This document shows positions 1-10,627 of a stretch of DNA of 64,000 bases, one piece after another. How positions within the stretch are numbered: position 1 is the stretch's first letter; each line of letters begins with the position of its first letter. The notes under the pieces were generated by a model that saw only the letters and a list, made by a program, of their open reading frames with translations, was not told the origin of the DNA and did not search any database. Position numbers and translations under genes: made by a program. Source of the stretch: an uncultured delta proteobacterium (GTDB taxonomy: Bacteria; Desulfobacterota; Binatia; Binatales; Binataceae); NCBI GenBank assembly GCA_963830715.1, contig CAWHNS010000020.1, forward strand, positions 102,148 through 166,147. Reading direction: 5' to 3'.

Positions 1-1341
1 GGATGCGCAGCGCACAATCACACAGATCGGGGTCGAGATCGGCGCTCTCGAACGCGAAGCGATCACCGGGAGCGATCACCATAAGCGAATCGGGGAGTTG
101 CGGTCGGCGTGCACCGCCGAAGAGGAACGTCTGGCCAAGCTCAAGGAGCAGTGGGACAAGGAACGCGAAATAATCGACCAAATCAAGCAGATCCGCGCGA
201 AACTCGAGGAGCAGCGCCGCGCCGCCACGGCCGGCGACGGCGCAAAGGCCGAGCCCTTGCGCGCCGAGCTCGGAAGCCTGAATGCGCCAAGCTGGCCGGG
301 ATCCAGGGCAGGACTCCGATGATGCAGGTCTGCGTCACCGGGCAGACCATCGCGGAGGTCATCTCCGGATGGACCGGGATACCGGTCGGCAAGATGCAGA
401 CCGATGAAATCAACGCCGTGCTGGCGCTCAAGGACAAGCTCGCGGAGCGAGTCGTCGGCCAGAGCTACGCTCTCGAGGCGATTAGCCAGCGGATTCGCAC
501 CGCCCGCGCCAACCTGACCGATCCGCGCCGGCCGATCGGGGTCTTCCTGCTGGTCGGCACCAGCGGTGTCGGCAAGACCGAAACCGCGCTCGCGCTTGCC
601 GATGCGCTCTACGGCGGCGAGCGCAATCTCGTCACTATCAACATGAGCGAATACCAGGAGGCGCACACGGTTTCGTCGCTCAAAGGCTCGCCTCCGGGCT
701 ACGTCGGTTACGGCGAAGGCGGAGTGCTGACGGAGGCCGTGCGGCGCAAGCCGTATTGCGTGGTCCTGCTCGACGAAGTCGAGAAAGCCCATCCCGATGT
801 GATGGAACTTTTCTACCAGGTGTTCGACAAGGGGATGCTCGAAGACGGCGAGGGCCGCGAAATCGACTTCAAGAATACGATCATCCTGCTCACCTCCAAC
901 GCCGGCTCCGACATCGTGATGAAGCTCTGCGCGGATCCCGCGACGCGCCCCGATCCCGAGGGTCTGGTCGAGGCGCTCAGGCCGGAGTTGGTGAAGATCT
1001 TCAAGCCCGCGCTGCTCGGCCGGATGGTAGTGGTTCCGTACTACCCGATCACCGATGAAGTGATGCGCGGGATCATCAAGCTGCAACTCCAGCGGATTGA
1101 GCGGCGGCTGTTGGAGAACCACGGCGCTAAATTCGATTATGACGAAAAACTCGTCAGCGAAATTGCCAATCGCTGCAAGGAGGTCGAAAGCGGCGCGCGC
1201 AACGTCGATCACATATTGACCCGCACGCTGCTTCCCGAAATGTCGAGCCAGTTCCTCGCCCGGATGGCGACCGGGCAGCCGGTCGAGCGTGCGCGGGTAA
1301 CCGTGGACGAGCGCGGCGCCTTCCGCTATGAGGTGAGTTGA
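1..1341 (+). CDS. clpV: ClpV/TssH type VI secretion AAA+ ATPase, C-terminal two-thirds (5' end outside window); apparent -1/+1 frameshift near 285-300 joining frame of ORF 98..322 to ORF 109..1341
   Basis: M-domain coiled coil (EEERLAKLKEQWDKEREIIDQIKQIRAKLEEQ) then D2 ATPase with ClpV-specific motifs VVGQSYALEAI, GTSGVGKTE, GSPPGYVGYGEGG, FYQVFDKGMLEDGEGREIDFKNT; directly upstream of vgrG. Confidence 0.85.
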
Positions 1342-1429
1342 CGCCAATTCTCCCCGCGCGCGGATCGTGGCGGGGAGTCCCTCGCGCGCCCTCGAGGGGG
1401 CGGATACAGAAGCAGGAGGGCGCCGCGTT

Positions 1430-3517
1430 ATGGCCAACGACCTAAACCCGATGGGGTTTTCCACTTCGGCTCCGGGTGGAGACTCCCTCTATCTGATCGA
1501 CCTTGCCGGGACCGAGGGATTGTCCCAGCTCTTCTCGTTCGATCTCCATCTGGTTTCCGAATCCGGCGTCGATACCGAATCATTCGTCGGCCAGAACGCG
1601 GTCGTGTCGATCACGATCGCGCAGGGCGAACGATACATCAACGGCTACATCAACCGGATCGTTGAACTCGATCCGGACAAGCGCTTCCGCCATTATTCGA
1701 TCCGGCTGGTCCCCTGGATGTGGTTCATGACGCGCCGCTCGAACAGCCGCATTTTCCAGAGCATGTCAACCACCGACATTCTGCAGAAGGTCTTCGACGG
1801 TTTCCCGAAGCCAAGCTCGGGCGCCTATAGCGTGGACGTGAGCGGTATCAAGGGGGACATTCCGACCCGCGCGTACTGCGTTCAATACCGCGAAACCGAT
1901 TTCAATTTCGTCTCACGCCTGATGGAGGACGAAGGAATTTTCTACTTCTTCGAACACGACAAGGAATCCCTGGTCCTGAAGCTGGCGGATGATCCGGAGG
2001 CGCACGAGCCCTGTCCGCTTGATTCGGATTTCGAATACCATCCGCAGACCGGCGACCTCCCGCTTCTGCAGGTGATCACGTCGTGGAAGATGGGGCGCGA
2101 TTTCCGCAGCGGAAAATACGCCCTGGCCAGCTCGCACTACCAGAAGCCGCAGGAGAGCTTTCCGGTCGAGGAACCGAGCTCGATCAGCGTCGCCAACAAC
2201 GATCAGTTCGAGCTCTATGACTTCCCCGGCGAGTACGCCAAGAGCTTCGTTGGCGCCGGCCCCGACGACGACCGATCGGCCTCGCAGAACGTAATGCCGC
2301 AGGGCTCGCGGCTGGCGAAGATCCGGATGCAGGAGGAGGAGTTTCAGTACATCGTCGTTGACGCCACCAGCACCTGTCCGACCGCCACCGCGGGATACCG
2401 GTTTACGCTCACGGAGCATCCTCACGACTCGCCGGACGATTGGAATGATCAGTACGTAATCCTTTCGGTGAATCATTCGGCCAGTCAGCCCGGACCCGGC
2501 AGCGAAGCCGGCGAGGCAATGAAATTCTCGAACACCTTCAACTGCATCCCGAACAAGAATGCGTTCCGGCCGCCGCGGGTGACCCGCAAACCCTTCGTTC
2601 AAGGGCCGCAGACGGCGCTGGTGGTTGGCGCCTCAGGGTCGGAGATCTTCAGCGACAAGTTCGGGCGCGTAAAAGTGCAGTTCTACTGGGATCGCGAAGG
2701 CCAGCTCGACGAGAAGAGGCTCGTGCTGGGTGCGGGTTGCGCAAATCTGGGCCGGCAAGCAATGGGGCGCGATCCAGATCCCGCGGGTCGGGCAGGAGGT
2801 GATAATCGACTTCCTGGAAGGCGATCCGGATCAGCCGATCATAACCGGACGCGTCTACAACGCCGAGCAACTGCCCCCCTACGATCTGCCCGATAATCAG
2901 ACGCGAAGTACGATCAAGAGCCGGAGCTCGAAGGGCGGCAGCGCGGACAACTACAACGAGCTCAGGTTCGAGGACAAGAAGGGCTCGGAGCAGCTCTTCG
3001 TTCACGCCGAAAAGGACATGGACCAGCGCGTCAAGAACGACTCCCGCGAGTGGATCGGCGCCAATCGCCATCTGATCGTGACGACCGATCAGAAGGAGTC
3101 GGTCGGCGGCGACAAGCACCTCAGCGTCACGGGTGATCATCTGGAAAAGATCGGCGGCGGCCACGACCTCCAGATCGCGGGTGACCAGAAAGCAAGCATC
3201 GGCGGCGGACAGTCCATCAATGTCGGCACTAACCGCCAGGAGCAGACCGGATCCAGCTGGGCGCACTCCGCCGGCCAGACCATCTACCTGAAGGGCGGGA
3301 TGACGGTGGTGATCGAAGCCGGGATGGAGTTGTCGCTCAAGGGGCCGGGCGGCTTCGTCGATATCGGCCCCGCCGGCGTCACGATCCAGGGCACGCTCGT
3401 ACAGATCAACAGCGGCGGCTCGGCCGGATCCGGGTCGGGCCCGAATCTCCAGAGCCGAAAGATCCCAAGGCGCCCGATCAGGCCGACGACGGCACCAAGG
3501 GCGGCAAGATGTCGTGA
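1430..3517 (+). CDS. vgrG: VgrG/TssI T6SS spike protein; reading frame switches near ~2710 and ~3440 (three ORF-track pieces)
   Basis: VgrG N-domain RYINGYINRIVELDPDKRFRHYSIRLVPWMWFMTRRSNSRIFQ; then SCWVRVAQIWAGKQWGAIQIPRVGQEVIIDFLEGDPDQPIITGRVYN in another frame; gp5-like repeats; C-terminus EPKDPKAPDQADDGTKGGKMS* in a third frame; AGGAGG RBS before ATG 1430. Confidence 0.85.
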
Positions 3518-3524
3518 GGAACCC

Positions 3525-4067
3525 ATGGGAGCACCAGCAGCGCGACTGACAGACATGCACACCTGCCCGATGGTGACCGGCATAGTGCCGCACGTCGGCG
3601 GCCCGATCGTCTCTCCCGGATGCCCGACTGTGTTGATCGGGATGATGCCCGCGGCGCGCGTCAGCGACATGTGCGTCTGCGTTGGGCCTCCTGACACGAT
3701 CATCCTCGGGGCCTTCACGGTCCTGATCGGAGGACAGCCTGCAGCGCGCATCGGAGACATGACCGCGCATGGCGGCGTGATCATCCTGGGCTGTCCCACC
3801 GTGCTGATCGGGACTTCCGGCGCAGGCGCCGCAGGCGGCGCATCGGGCGCCCCAGGCGCCGGCGCGGGCGGCGGGACGGACGATAGCGACGACGACGAAT
3901 CGGGAGGCTCGCAGGATGACGCCGCAGCCAGTTCCGACGACACCCCTGCCCCCAACGCCGACCAAGCCGCTAGCGCCGCGGGCCTCGAACAATCCGCCAT
4001 CTCAGGCGCTCCCCTGTGCGAGGAGTGCATAAAGGCACAGAAGACCGCCCCGCAAGGAAGCGGCTGA
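3525..4067 (+). CDS. PAAR-domain spike-tip protein with Gly/Ala-rich and acidic low-complexity C-terminal tail ending in CEEC motif
   Basis: Own GAGGA RBS + ATG 8 nt after vgrG stop; PAAR motifs ARLTDMHTCPMVTG, AARVSDMCVCVGPPDTI, AARIGDMTAHGGVI, LGCPTVLIG. Confidence 0.8.
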   Translation: MGAPAARLTDMHTCPMVTGIVPHVGGPIVSPGCPTVLIGMMPAARVSDMCVCVGPPDTIILGAFTVLIGGQPAARIGDMTAHGGVIILGCPTVLIGTSGAGAAGGASGAPGAGAGGGTDDSDDDESGGSQDDAAASSDDTPAPNADQAASAAGLEQSAISGAPLCEECIKAQKTAPQGSG

Positions 4068-4071
4068 CGCG

Positions 4072-4606
4072 ATGGCTCAACCCGACCTGCGCCTTGTCCT
4101 CCGCAATCTCTGGTCGGATTTGCCGGATCGCCACAAGGTGTGGGCAATCGTTGATGGCGCTCGGAATGAGCGGATATACGATCTGCTGGCTCAAACGGGA
4201 TTGGCCGAGAGCTTTTGCCTGTACCGTGGCAAACTGGCGCCGCGACTGAAACGCGCCGCGCCGTATATGGTCAGATTGGAACTCGAGGCGCGTCACCGGC
4301 GACCTGATCGGCCAAGGATGGGGGAACAGCTGGGGCGTTTTTTTTCACGCCGACAAGCCTGCGGAGGAGTTGCGCCGCCACTTTCGGCGATTTCTGATCG
4401 TTCAGGACGAAGGCCGCAAGCGGATGATCTTCCGCTACTATGATCCCCGCGTCCTTCGAGTCTATCTGCCTACTTGTCTGGCGCCCGAACTGCGAACAGT
4501 TTTTGGGCCCGTCCGCCGCTTTCTGCTCGAAAGCGAAGATCCTGCATTGATGCTTGAATACAGGTTCGACGGCTTCAAATTGATAGCCAGAGAGGTTCCC
4601 GTTTGA
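4072..4606 (+). CDS. DUF4123 T6SS adaptor/chaperone (Tap/Tec-like); frameshift near ~4290
   Basis: VWAIVDGARNERIYDLLAQ...LYRG...APYMVRLE then GQGWGNSWGVFFHADKPAEELRRHFRRFLIVQDEGRKRMIFRYYDPRVLRVYLPTC (second frame). Confidence 0.75.
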
Positions 4607-4634
4607 GTTATCGATCGAAAGGCAACCAAGACCG

Positions 4635-4988
4635 ATGTTGGTAATTCGTAAAACGCAGATGGAAGCATTCTCGCAATATATGGAGAAGAGCTTCGAGGAT
4701 CGCATGCTGAAGCATCTCCGAGAGTTTTTTCCCGTGCGCTGCGAGGACCTGCAAGAGAGCGAGCTCCGGCAACTGGTCCGTCAGGGCGTTACCCGTGCCG
4801 GCTCGCACGGATTTACCAGCGAACGCGATGTCGCGCGATACACCGATCTGATGTTCGCCTTGGGAGCGAACTTCGACCAACATCGAGCAACTGCTTGGGC
4901 TGCTGCAATCCTCCGTGACAGAAACGCTGCCAACGAAGACAAGCTCCGGCAGTTGTTCGATAAAGCTGGAGAGTCGCTCAAGCGTTAA
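4635..4988 (+). CDS. hypothetical all-alpha 117-aa protein between adaptor and effector (possible co-effector/immunity/chaperone)
   Basis: Clean ORF with stop; position inside vgrG-adaptor-effector module; no recognisable motif. Confidence 0.4.
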   Translation: MLVIRKTQMEAFSQYMEKSFEDRMLKHLREFFPVRCEDLQESELRQLVRQGVTRAGSHGFTSERDVARYTDLMFALGANFDQHRATAWAAAILRDRNAANEDKLRQLFDKAGESLKR

Positions 4989-5026
4989 AAGCGTCTTCGC
5001 ATCGCAAGTTTCAAAGACAACTGCCA

Positions 5027-6434
5027 ATGGCCGCCGGCGACAATAGCGATGCTGGATCACTCTCCGATGCCGGGGAGGGGTGCGATTCGGGGTTTTCGGG
5101 CGGCGAGGTCGGCGGTGGCCGCAACCCTGCCCGCTGCATAAACCGCACATCTGGGTATGGGACGACCCGGACGACAAGGATCGGCGACAGTACGTCAACC
5201 TGCCCGCCGACTGGGTATCCGCGGTGGAAAGAGGATCCGCAGCGGGGAGAGGACGGCGGGCGGAGTTGCTATGGACAGGAAGTCGTGCTTCAAGGCCATG
5301 TCGAGCCGCGTGACCAGGGCGTCGAGGTCACTTTTAACCTTATCCCAAATCCCGGTAATGATACGCTCGCCGACCAAGCCGTCGTCACAACCGGATGCGT
5401 TTCGAAAAAAGATGGCATCGGGCGTGTGAAACTTCACCTGCCCCTCTACGGCGGGACGAAGTTCAAGGTCGGTGGCAAGACCGACTCAATGGACAAGCCG
5501 GTCAACAGTGGCGAGCTCTGGGTCTGGCGCAGGATATTCTACCAGACTACCGAGATGAAAAATTCGCCGGCGCCCGAGAACCTCTCTTTTCGCGCGCCGG
5601 TCGGTATGATCGAGGCGGTGCGCGGCGCGCTTGAAGAAGTGTACTTCGAAATCCAATCCGCCCCGAAATCGAAGGACACTGCCGAGTACCAGAAGCACGT
5701 CATGGAGGAGCAGCGCGCCGCGCTCGCCAGTGTTCTTCGTTCGAAGGCGCAGGATGCTCGTTCGCCTTTCAAGATTAACGTGGTCCTGATCGACCGTGCT
5801 GACATATTTGTCGAGCAGGAGTGGGCATCTGAGGACAGCGCCGACTGGAAAACCGGGACGGTCCGGACGCCTTCGTTTAGACTGGCGAGCGACGATAGCT
5901 ATGAACACAACGTGCTCCGCGCGGAATACCAGACCATCGATGGCGTCTGGAAGAACCTGGAGAACGTCAGAGTCTTGCCGGCTCCGAAGGGCTCCGGCTA
6001 CTCGTATGCAACAGGACGTATCCCCGGCTTCCCGAAGCTCGACATTGTGGTCGCGGTTCGCATCAAATATCGTTACCAACGCGGTAACGCGGGCGGCTGG
6101 GGTGGCGGCGCTGGAACGATATTCGTGTGCATCGGCCGCCGGCGCCGCGAGAATGCAGCAAGCCCGACGGCAGCCGATCTCCAAAACACGCTAACCCATG
6201 AAATCGGTCATGTGTTGGGGTTGGTGCCGAAGAGGCTCCAGCTGGGAAGATCTTTTTTTTGATCCTGGCCGCAGCAGTCACTGCAAGTATCAGGACAGCA
6301 ACGGGAAGCCACGTTGCGCCATGTGGTATATGGAATGCGCGTGCCTGCGTTTCTGTAACAACGATAAGCCCAATGACTGCGCGCATTTCCTGATCCGCAC
6401 AGAATATTCCATGTCTAAAGTCAGTTGGAACTAG
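5027..6434 (+). CDS. putative T6SS effector: HExxH zinc metallopeptidase-like protein with Cys-rich C-terminal extension; true start uncertain (first ~80 aa of ORF look non-coding); +1 T insertion at T8 run 6253-6260 splits it
   Basis: LTHEIGHVLGL motif near 6190-6225; frame 0 continuation DPGRSSHCKYQDSNGKPRCAMWYMECACLRFCNNDKPNDCAHF; location downstream of vgrG-PAAR-DUF4123. Confidence 0.55.
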
Positions 6435-6437
6435 CCT

Positions 6438-7199
6438 GTGGCCGGTAACGAAATTCGCCTTGAGGTTCCGTCTTCCGCGCCCTCGAGCGGCCCGGCTCCT
6501 CTCCGGGTGACCATGATCGCCGATGTGTTGACGTACGCCGCGAACAATGGCATTCTGGACAGCGCGCTGACCTTGGCCGCCGTTGGGCGCAGTCGCCCTG
6601 GCGTAGGGTTCATCGCGAAGGCGGACCCGCGGGCGTTCATGTTACCGAACGACGAGATGCCGCCGATGGATCCCCCGATAGGTGGTCAAGTCACCGAAGA
6701 ACGAACCTTCGATATGCTGGGCTTTGGCGCCCAGCACCCGGGCGCGGCAGAGTACTTCGTCGTGGCGGGGTTCGCGACCGTGGTCTCGGCCGTACACCGC
6801 TTGTCGATCACCGATCCACGCGGGCCGCTGGGATGGCCCGCGTGCGCGCTGCTGCCGCCGGGCAGCGCCGATCTGCGTCGAAGCCTGCCTCCACCGGCCG
6901 CCGAAGGCCTCGTGGCACGACCGTATTATGACAAGTCTCCGTCGATCGAGGGCGCACTGCGGCGGACGGTCCGCATCGCTCTGCCATTTCTAAATCTGGT
7001 GGCATTCCGGCTCGATCCAAAAGGCGGCGGCTGTGCGGGGTCGTTCTTGCTATCGGCAGAGCGCTCGGGAAGCGAGGATTTGGCGTGGTTCTCGGCTTCG
7101 ATGGCCCTACTGATGCCACCGCCGGGCCTAGGGCGCTGGCGCGTTTTCGCCTTCGCCGGCGACGCTAGCGCTGCCCCCTTTGACGTCACGATAGCCTGA
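6438..7199 (+). CDS. hypothetical protein (GTG start), candidate immunity protein for upstream effector
   Basis: 253-aa ORF immediately (4 nt) after effector stop; no known motif. Confidence 0.35.
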   Translation: MAGNEIRLEVPSSAPSSGPAPLRVTMIADVLTYAANNGILDSALTLAAVGRSRPGVGFIAKADPRAFMLPNDEMPPMDPPIGGQVTEERTFDMLGFGAQHPGAAEYFVVAGFATVVSAVHRLSITDPRGPLGWPACALLPPGSADLRRSLPPPAAEGLVARPYYDKSPSIEGALRRTVRIALPFLNLVAFRLDPKGGGCAGSFLLSAERSGSEDLAWFSASMALLMPPPGLGRWRVFAFAGDASAAPFDVTIA

Positions 7200-7270
7200 C
7201 GACGCGGCGCTACGCGCTGCTACCGGGGCACCTGGCAGGTTGTAGCTGCCGAAAATCAGATCCGGAGGTA

Positions 7271-7830
7271 GTGGTAATGCACTCCTGTGGCTACAGAAAA
7301 TCACGACCGCAAGGCTCGCTCAGGCGTCACTTCGGCCTCGCGGCCGGAGTTCTTGTCCTACTGAATCTCATCATCCAGTTGGCGCCGGCTGATGTGTTGG
7401 CCGGGTCGGCCAAGGGCCCGGTACTCTTCGGGCCTGCCGATGCTGGAAAACTTCGGATGACGAACGAGGAATGGGGTCACGTCGCGCGGTCGCGCTCGCT
7501 CTCGACGGGACCGATCATCGCAGTGGAAAAGCCCAAGGTGGACGATATCGACGGCGTTCCCACCATAGCGACGGACACTCCCACCGATCTGCTGGTGGTT
7601 TTCAAGCAGCGCACCGCGCCCGTGGACATGAACTCGCTTGATGTCGAAGCGCGCAAGGGATGGTTCTCGAAGTCGCTGACCGACATGGTGCGGCCTTACG
7701 TCAAGGGAAATACGCTCGACGTTCCGGGGCTCAAATCCCCCCGGGCAAGTTCCTCCTGGATATCAAGATCGCCGATGAGAACGGCGACACGACCGACGAG
7801 AATTATCGCCTCGATATCAATGGGCAATGA
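7271..7830 (+). CDS. hypothetical secreted protein; ORF-track tail (to 7930) is out of frame after C6 run at ~7737, true C-terminus likely ...SPPGKFLLDIKIADENGDTTDENYRLDINGQ*
   Basis: N-terminal signal-like hydrophobic segment LAAGVLVLLNLIIQLAPA; protein-like alternative frame after homopolymer. Confidence 0.45.
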
Positions 7831-7905
7831 GGCCGGGCTTCGACTAGCAGGCTCTGGGGCGCATCGAATCGATTCAGGTCGTTCACTGCCCTTATCAACA
7901 TGTTG

Positions 7906-8508
7906 CTACGGATTCGCGGGTGCGCCGTAGCCCAGGTTTACGACCTGGACGCGGCGATTCTTCTGGCGGCCCTCTTCGGACTCGTTGCTGGCGACAAAAT
8001 GCGACTTGCCGAAACCCTTCGGCATCATCCGTTGCTTCTCGATTCCCGTGCTCTGGCTAAGATAGTCAATGACGCTTTCCGCCCGTTCTTGTGAAAGCTT
8101 CAGATTATAGGCCGCGTCTCCGGTGGCGTCTGTGTATCCCTGCACCTCGAAGCAGCAGGGCTTCAACTCCGCCGAGTTCAGGGCCTGCCCGAGCGTATCG
8201 AGGGTCTTCAGCGCCTGCGGCGTCAACTTGGCGGAATTGACCTCGAACTCCACATCCAGCGCCGCAATATCGGCCTTGGGAGCGAGCTGGATTCCGCGCG
8301 CGGCCTGCTTCCTGAAGTGCGAGCATTCCGGCGGTTGAAGGCTGATCCCGCGCGGCTTGGGGCCCTTGGGGGTCAGCACGTGAACCAGGCTGTCAGAGGT
8401 CAGATTGCTTCCATTCAGGGCCTTGACCTTTTGCGCGAGCACGCCCCTTGCAAACATCACAACCACTGTTCCCGCTACCAGCAGGCAAAGGCAAAGCTTC
8501 CGATACAT
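7906..8508 (-). CDS. OmpA-family (OmpA_C-like) envelope protein
   Basis: FEVNSAKLTPQA...VQGYTDATGDAAYNLKLSQERAESVIDYL...EGRQKNRRVQVV; N-terminal signal peptide. Confidence 0.8.
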   Translation of the reverse strand: MYRKLCLCLLVAGTVVVMFARGVLAQKVKALNGSNLTSDSLVHVLTPKGPKPRGISLQPPECSHFRKQAARGIQLAPKADIAALDVEFEVNSAKLTPQALKTLDTLGQALNSAELKPCCFEVQGYTDATGDAAYNLKLSQERAESVIDYLSQSTGIEKQRMMPKGFGKSHFVASNESEEGRQKNRRVQVVNLGYGAPANP

Positions 8509-8550
8509 TGAAGTTCCTCCTTGCGTATCAGTCGATTATCAACCAGCTAC

Positions 8551-10425
8551 TCAAGACGTTCCAGCAGTCTTGCCGGGCGACTTCAGAACCTCCACGACCT
8601 TGGTGCCCTTGTCCAACGGCTTGGTGTGATCGATCACTTTGGCGAACGAGGCCTTCTCCTGTACCACCGTAATTTCCAGGGAGCCTATCTTCGTCGGCTT
8701 CTGGGCGATGACCACCCCGTTGACGGTGATCGGCTCCTCGACTATCGCGTTCATCCGGCCCCTACCGTTGCGCCCGCGTTGGAGCCCGCGTCGATAACCG
8801 CCTCGTCGCCATCGAGCGCGACGATATGGCCGCGCAGAGGATAATCCTGTTGCACCTGCTTCATGATGTCGGCGGCGGTCTTCTCCGCGACGCCCACTAA
8901 ACCCGCGGTCCCGCTTCCCTGCTCGGAAAGATTGACTTTCACTTCAGTGGTCTCGGTATCGATCATCTGCACGTTGAGCACGTACTGGTCCTTTCCGAGG
9001 AAGACCACGTTCCCGGTTCCGAACAGCCGCGCGATTTTGGTCTGCTGAAGCTTGAGGCGGGTCGCCGGGTCCGAGAGATCCGACATGCTCAGTTGGAGTT
9101 CCTTCAATATGCTGTTCAGCAGTTGACGATCGACAACGGTGACGCGCTTGGTACCCTGGAGCTGCTGGCTGATCTGCGAGACTAGGGCGGCATGCAAGCC
9201 GGCCAGCTCGGGCGACCCTCCGAGCGTGCTGAAATCGATGAACGCGACCACCAACGGCCGTGGCGCAAAGGGGTCGGACGGCCCCTCGTTGTCGAGCCCC
9301 TTTGAGCGTCCTTGCGGTCTGCGCCACGATGTCCTGCTGTGCCTGCGGATCGTTGCGGTATGCGAGGTCCGCGCTGACATCGTCGTTCAGCACGCGCGCC
9401 ACCTGGTTGGTCGGGTCGGTTTTGCTGGCGCTGGCGAACATCGATTGCGCCTTTTCGAGCGACCCGCTTTTCTGCAGATCCATCCCCTGCTGGATCTGGG
9501 ACGCGGCCTGGTTCGCCTGATCCGGCGACGGCGGTTGCAAAGCGCGCGCGACCGGAAAGTTGGTGCCTTCGGCGCGTACGTAAGGATGCTGCTTGTTGCC
9601 GGTCTTTTCCTCCACCTTATCGGTGGCATAGGTGAAAAGATTCAGGATATCGACGCTGCCATCTTTCCCCGCCGCCCCGCCGTTCAAGCCCTCCAGCAAT
9701 GCGTAAGTGAAGACCCCATGCCCCTTGGACTCGCCGGGCATCCTGTAACTGCCGTCCTCCCACGATTCCTCGTCGCCTTCGCTCGAACTCAGGATGTAAG
9801 CCTCAGGCATCTTGGGAGAGAGCTCGCTCACCAGGCTGACTCCACGCGCTCGATGCTGAGTAGTCATCAACTCTTCGAGCCCTCGAACCCGGAAGTTCAG
9901 CGCCGCGGCATGGCAGGTATCTACGATGACGACGGTCTTGCCGAGTTTCGCACTGACCCTCTGCACGGCGCCGGCGAAGTCGGAAACCGGAACTCCTTCC
10001 GTCGTCAGGTTGGACAGATCAGCCGGATATGGAACGTAATAGAAGGTGCCGTTGATGGTTACGCCATGACCCATCAGCGCGATTATCGCGGTGTCGTTGG
10101 GCGAGGCGGGGGCGAAGAACGACTCCATCTGGCTGAGGATCGCCTGCTTCGTCACCTGTTCGTTAACGAGTACATCGGTCTTGACGCTGTCGAAGACGCC
10201 CCTTCCTTCCCGCTGCAGGGCGCTCGCAAGGGTCACGGCGTCATTGTCGCCGAATTGCAGATCGATCGTGCTGTTGCGATAGTGGCTCATTCCGGCCGCG
10301 AATACCCAAAGCGTGCCCTTGGCCTGGGTGTCGCTATGCGCGTCGCGCGGCGACAAAATGGTTCCGCTGCCAATCGCGACGATCAGAAGCATCGAAAATA
10401 TGGAGGCGCGGCGAATGATTTTCAT
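8551..10425 (-). CDS. secreted caspase-domain (peptidase C14) protein fused to C-terminal CsgG-like domain; two apparent frameshifts (~9297 G4 run, ~8755)
   Basis: Signal peptide MKIIRRASIFSMLLIVAIGSG; caspase His/Cys dyad IIALMGHG ... VVIVDTCHAAALN; C-terminal LVVAFIDFSTLGGS...VTVVDRQLLNSILKELQLSMSDLSDP...KIARLFGTGNVVFLG (CsgG-like) continued in a third frame to 8551. Confidence 0.7.
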
Positions 10426-10627
10426 GCCGATGTCACTCGGGGGAACCGGGCTCCGATCGATTGGAGAACTTGGCCGCCACAATTAAACCGCGCACTCGCC
10501 GGAAAATCAATCTCGATTCCGGTGGCCGACATCTGATGCGTGGGCTCATTTCGCCTTGAATTGATGAGCGTTTGCGGCACATGATCTGCTCTTCGAGTAA
10601 CGCCATGGACTTCGAAGCGTGGTCGCG

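Noticed and set aside
76-1464. 462-aa minus-strand ORF overlapping clpV
   Set aside because: Antisense to a strongly supported ClpV frame; Arg/Ala/Pro-rich composition typical of spurious high-GC antisense ORFs.
2649-4147. Long minus-strand ORFs (447 aa, 287 aa) across vgrG/PAAR
   Set aside because: Antisense shadow ORFs of vgrG and PAAR; no motifs, extreme Arg/Ala/Pro bias.
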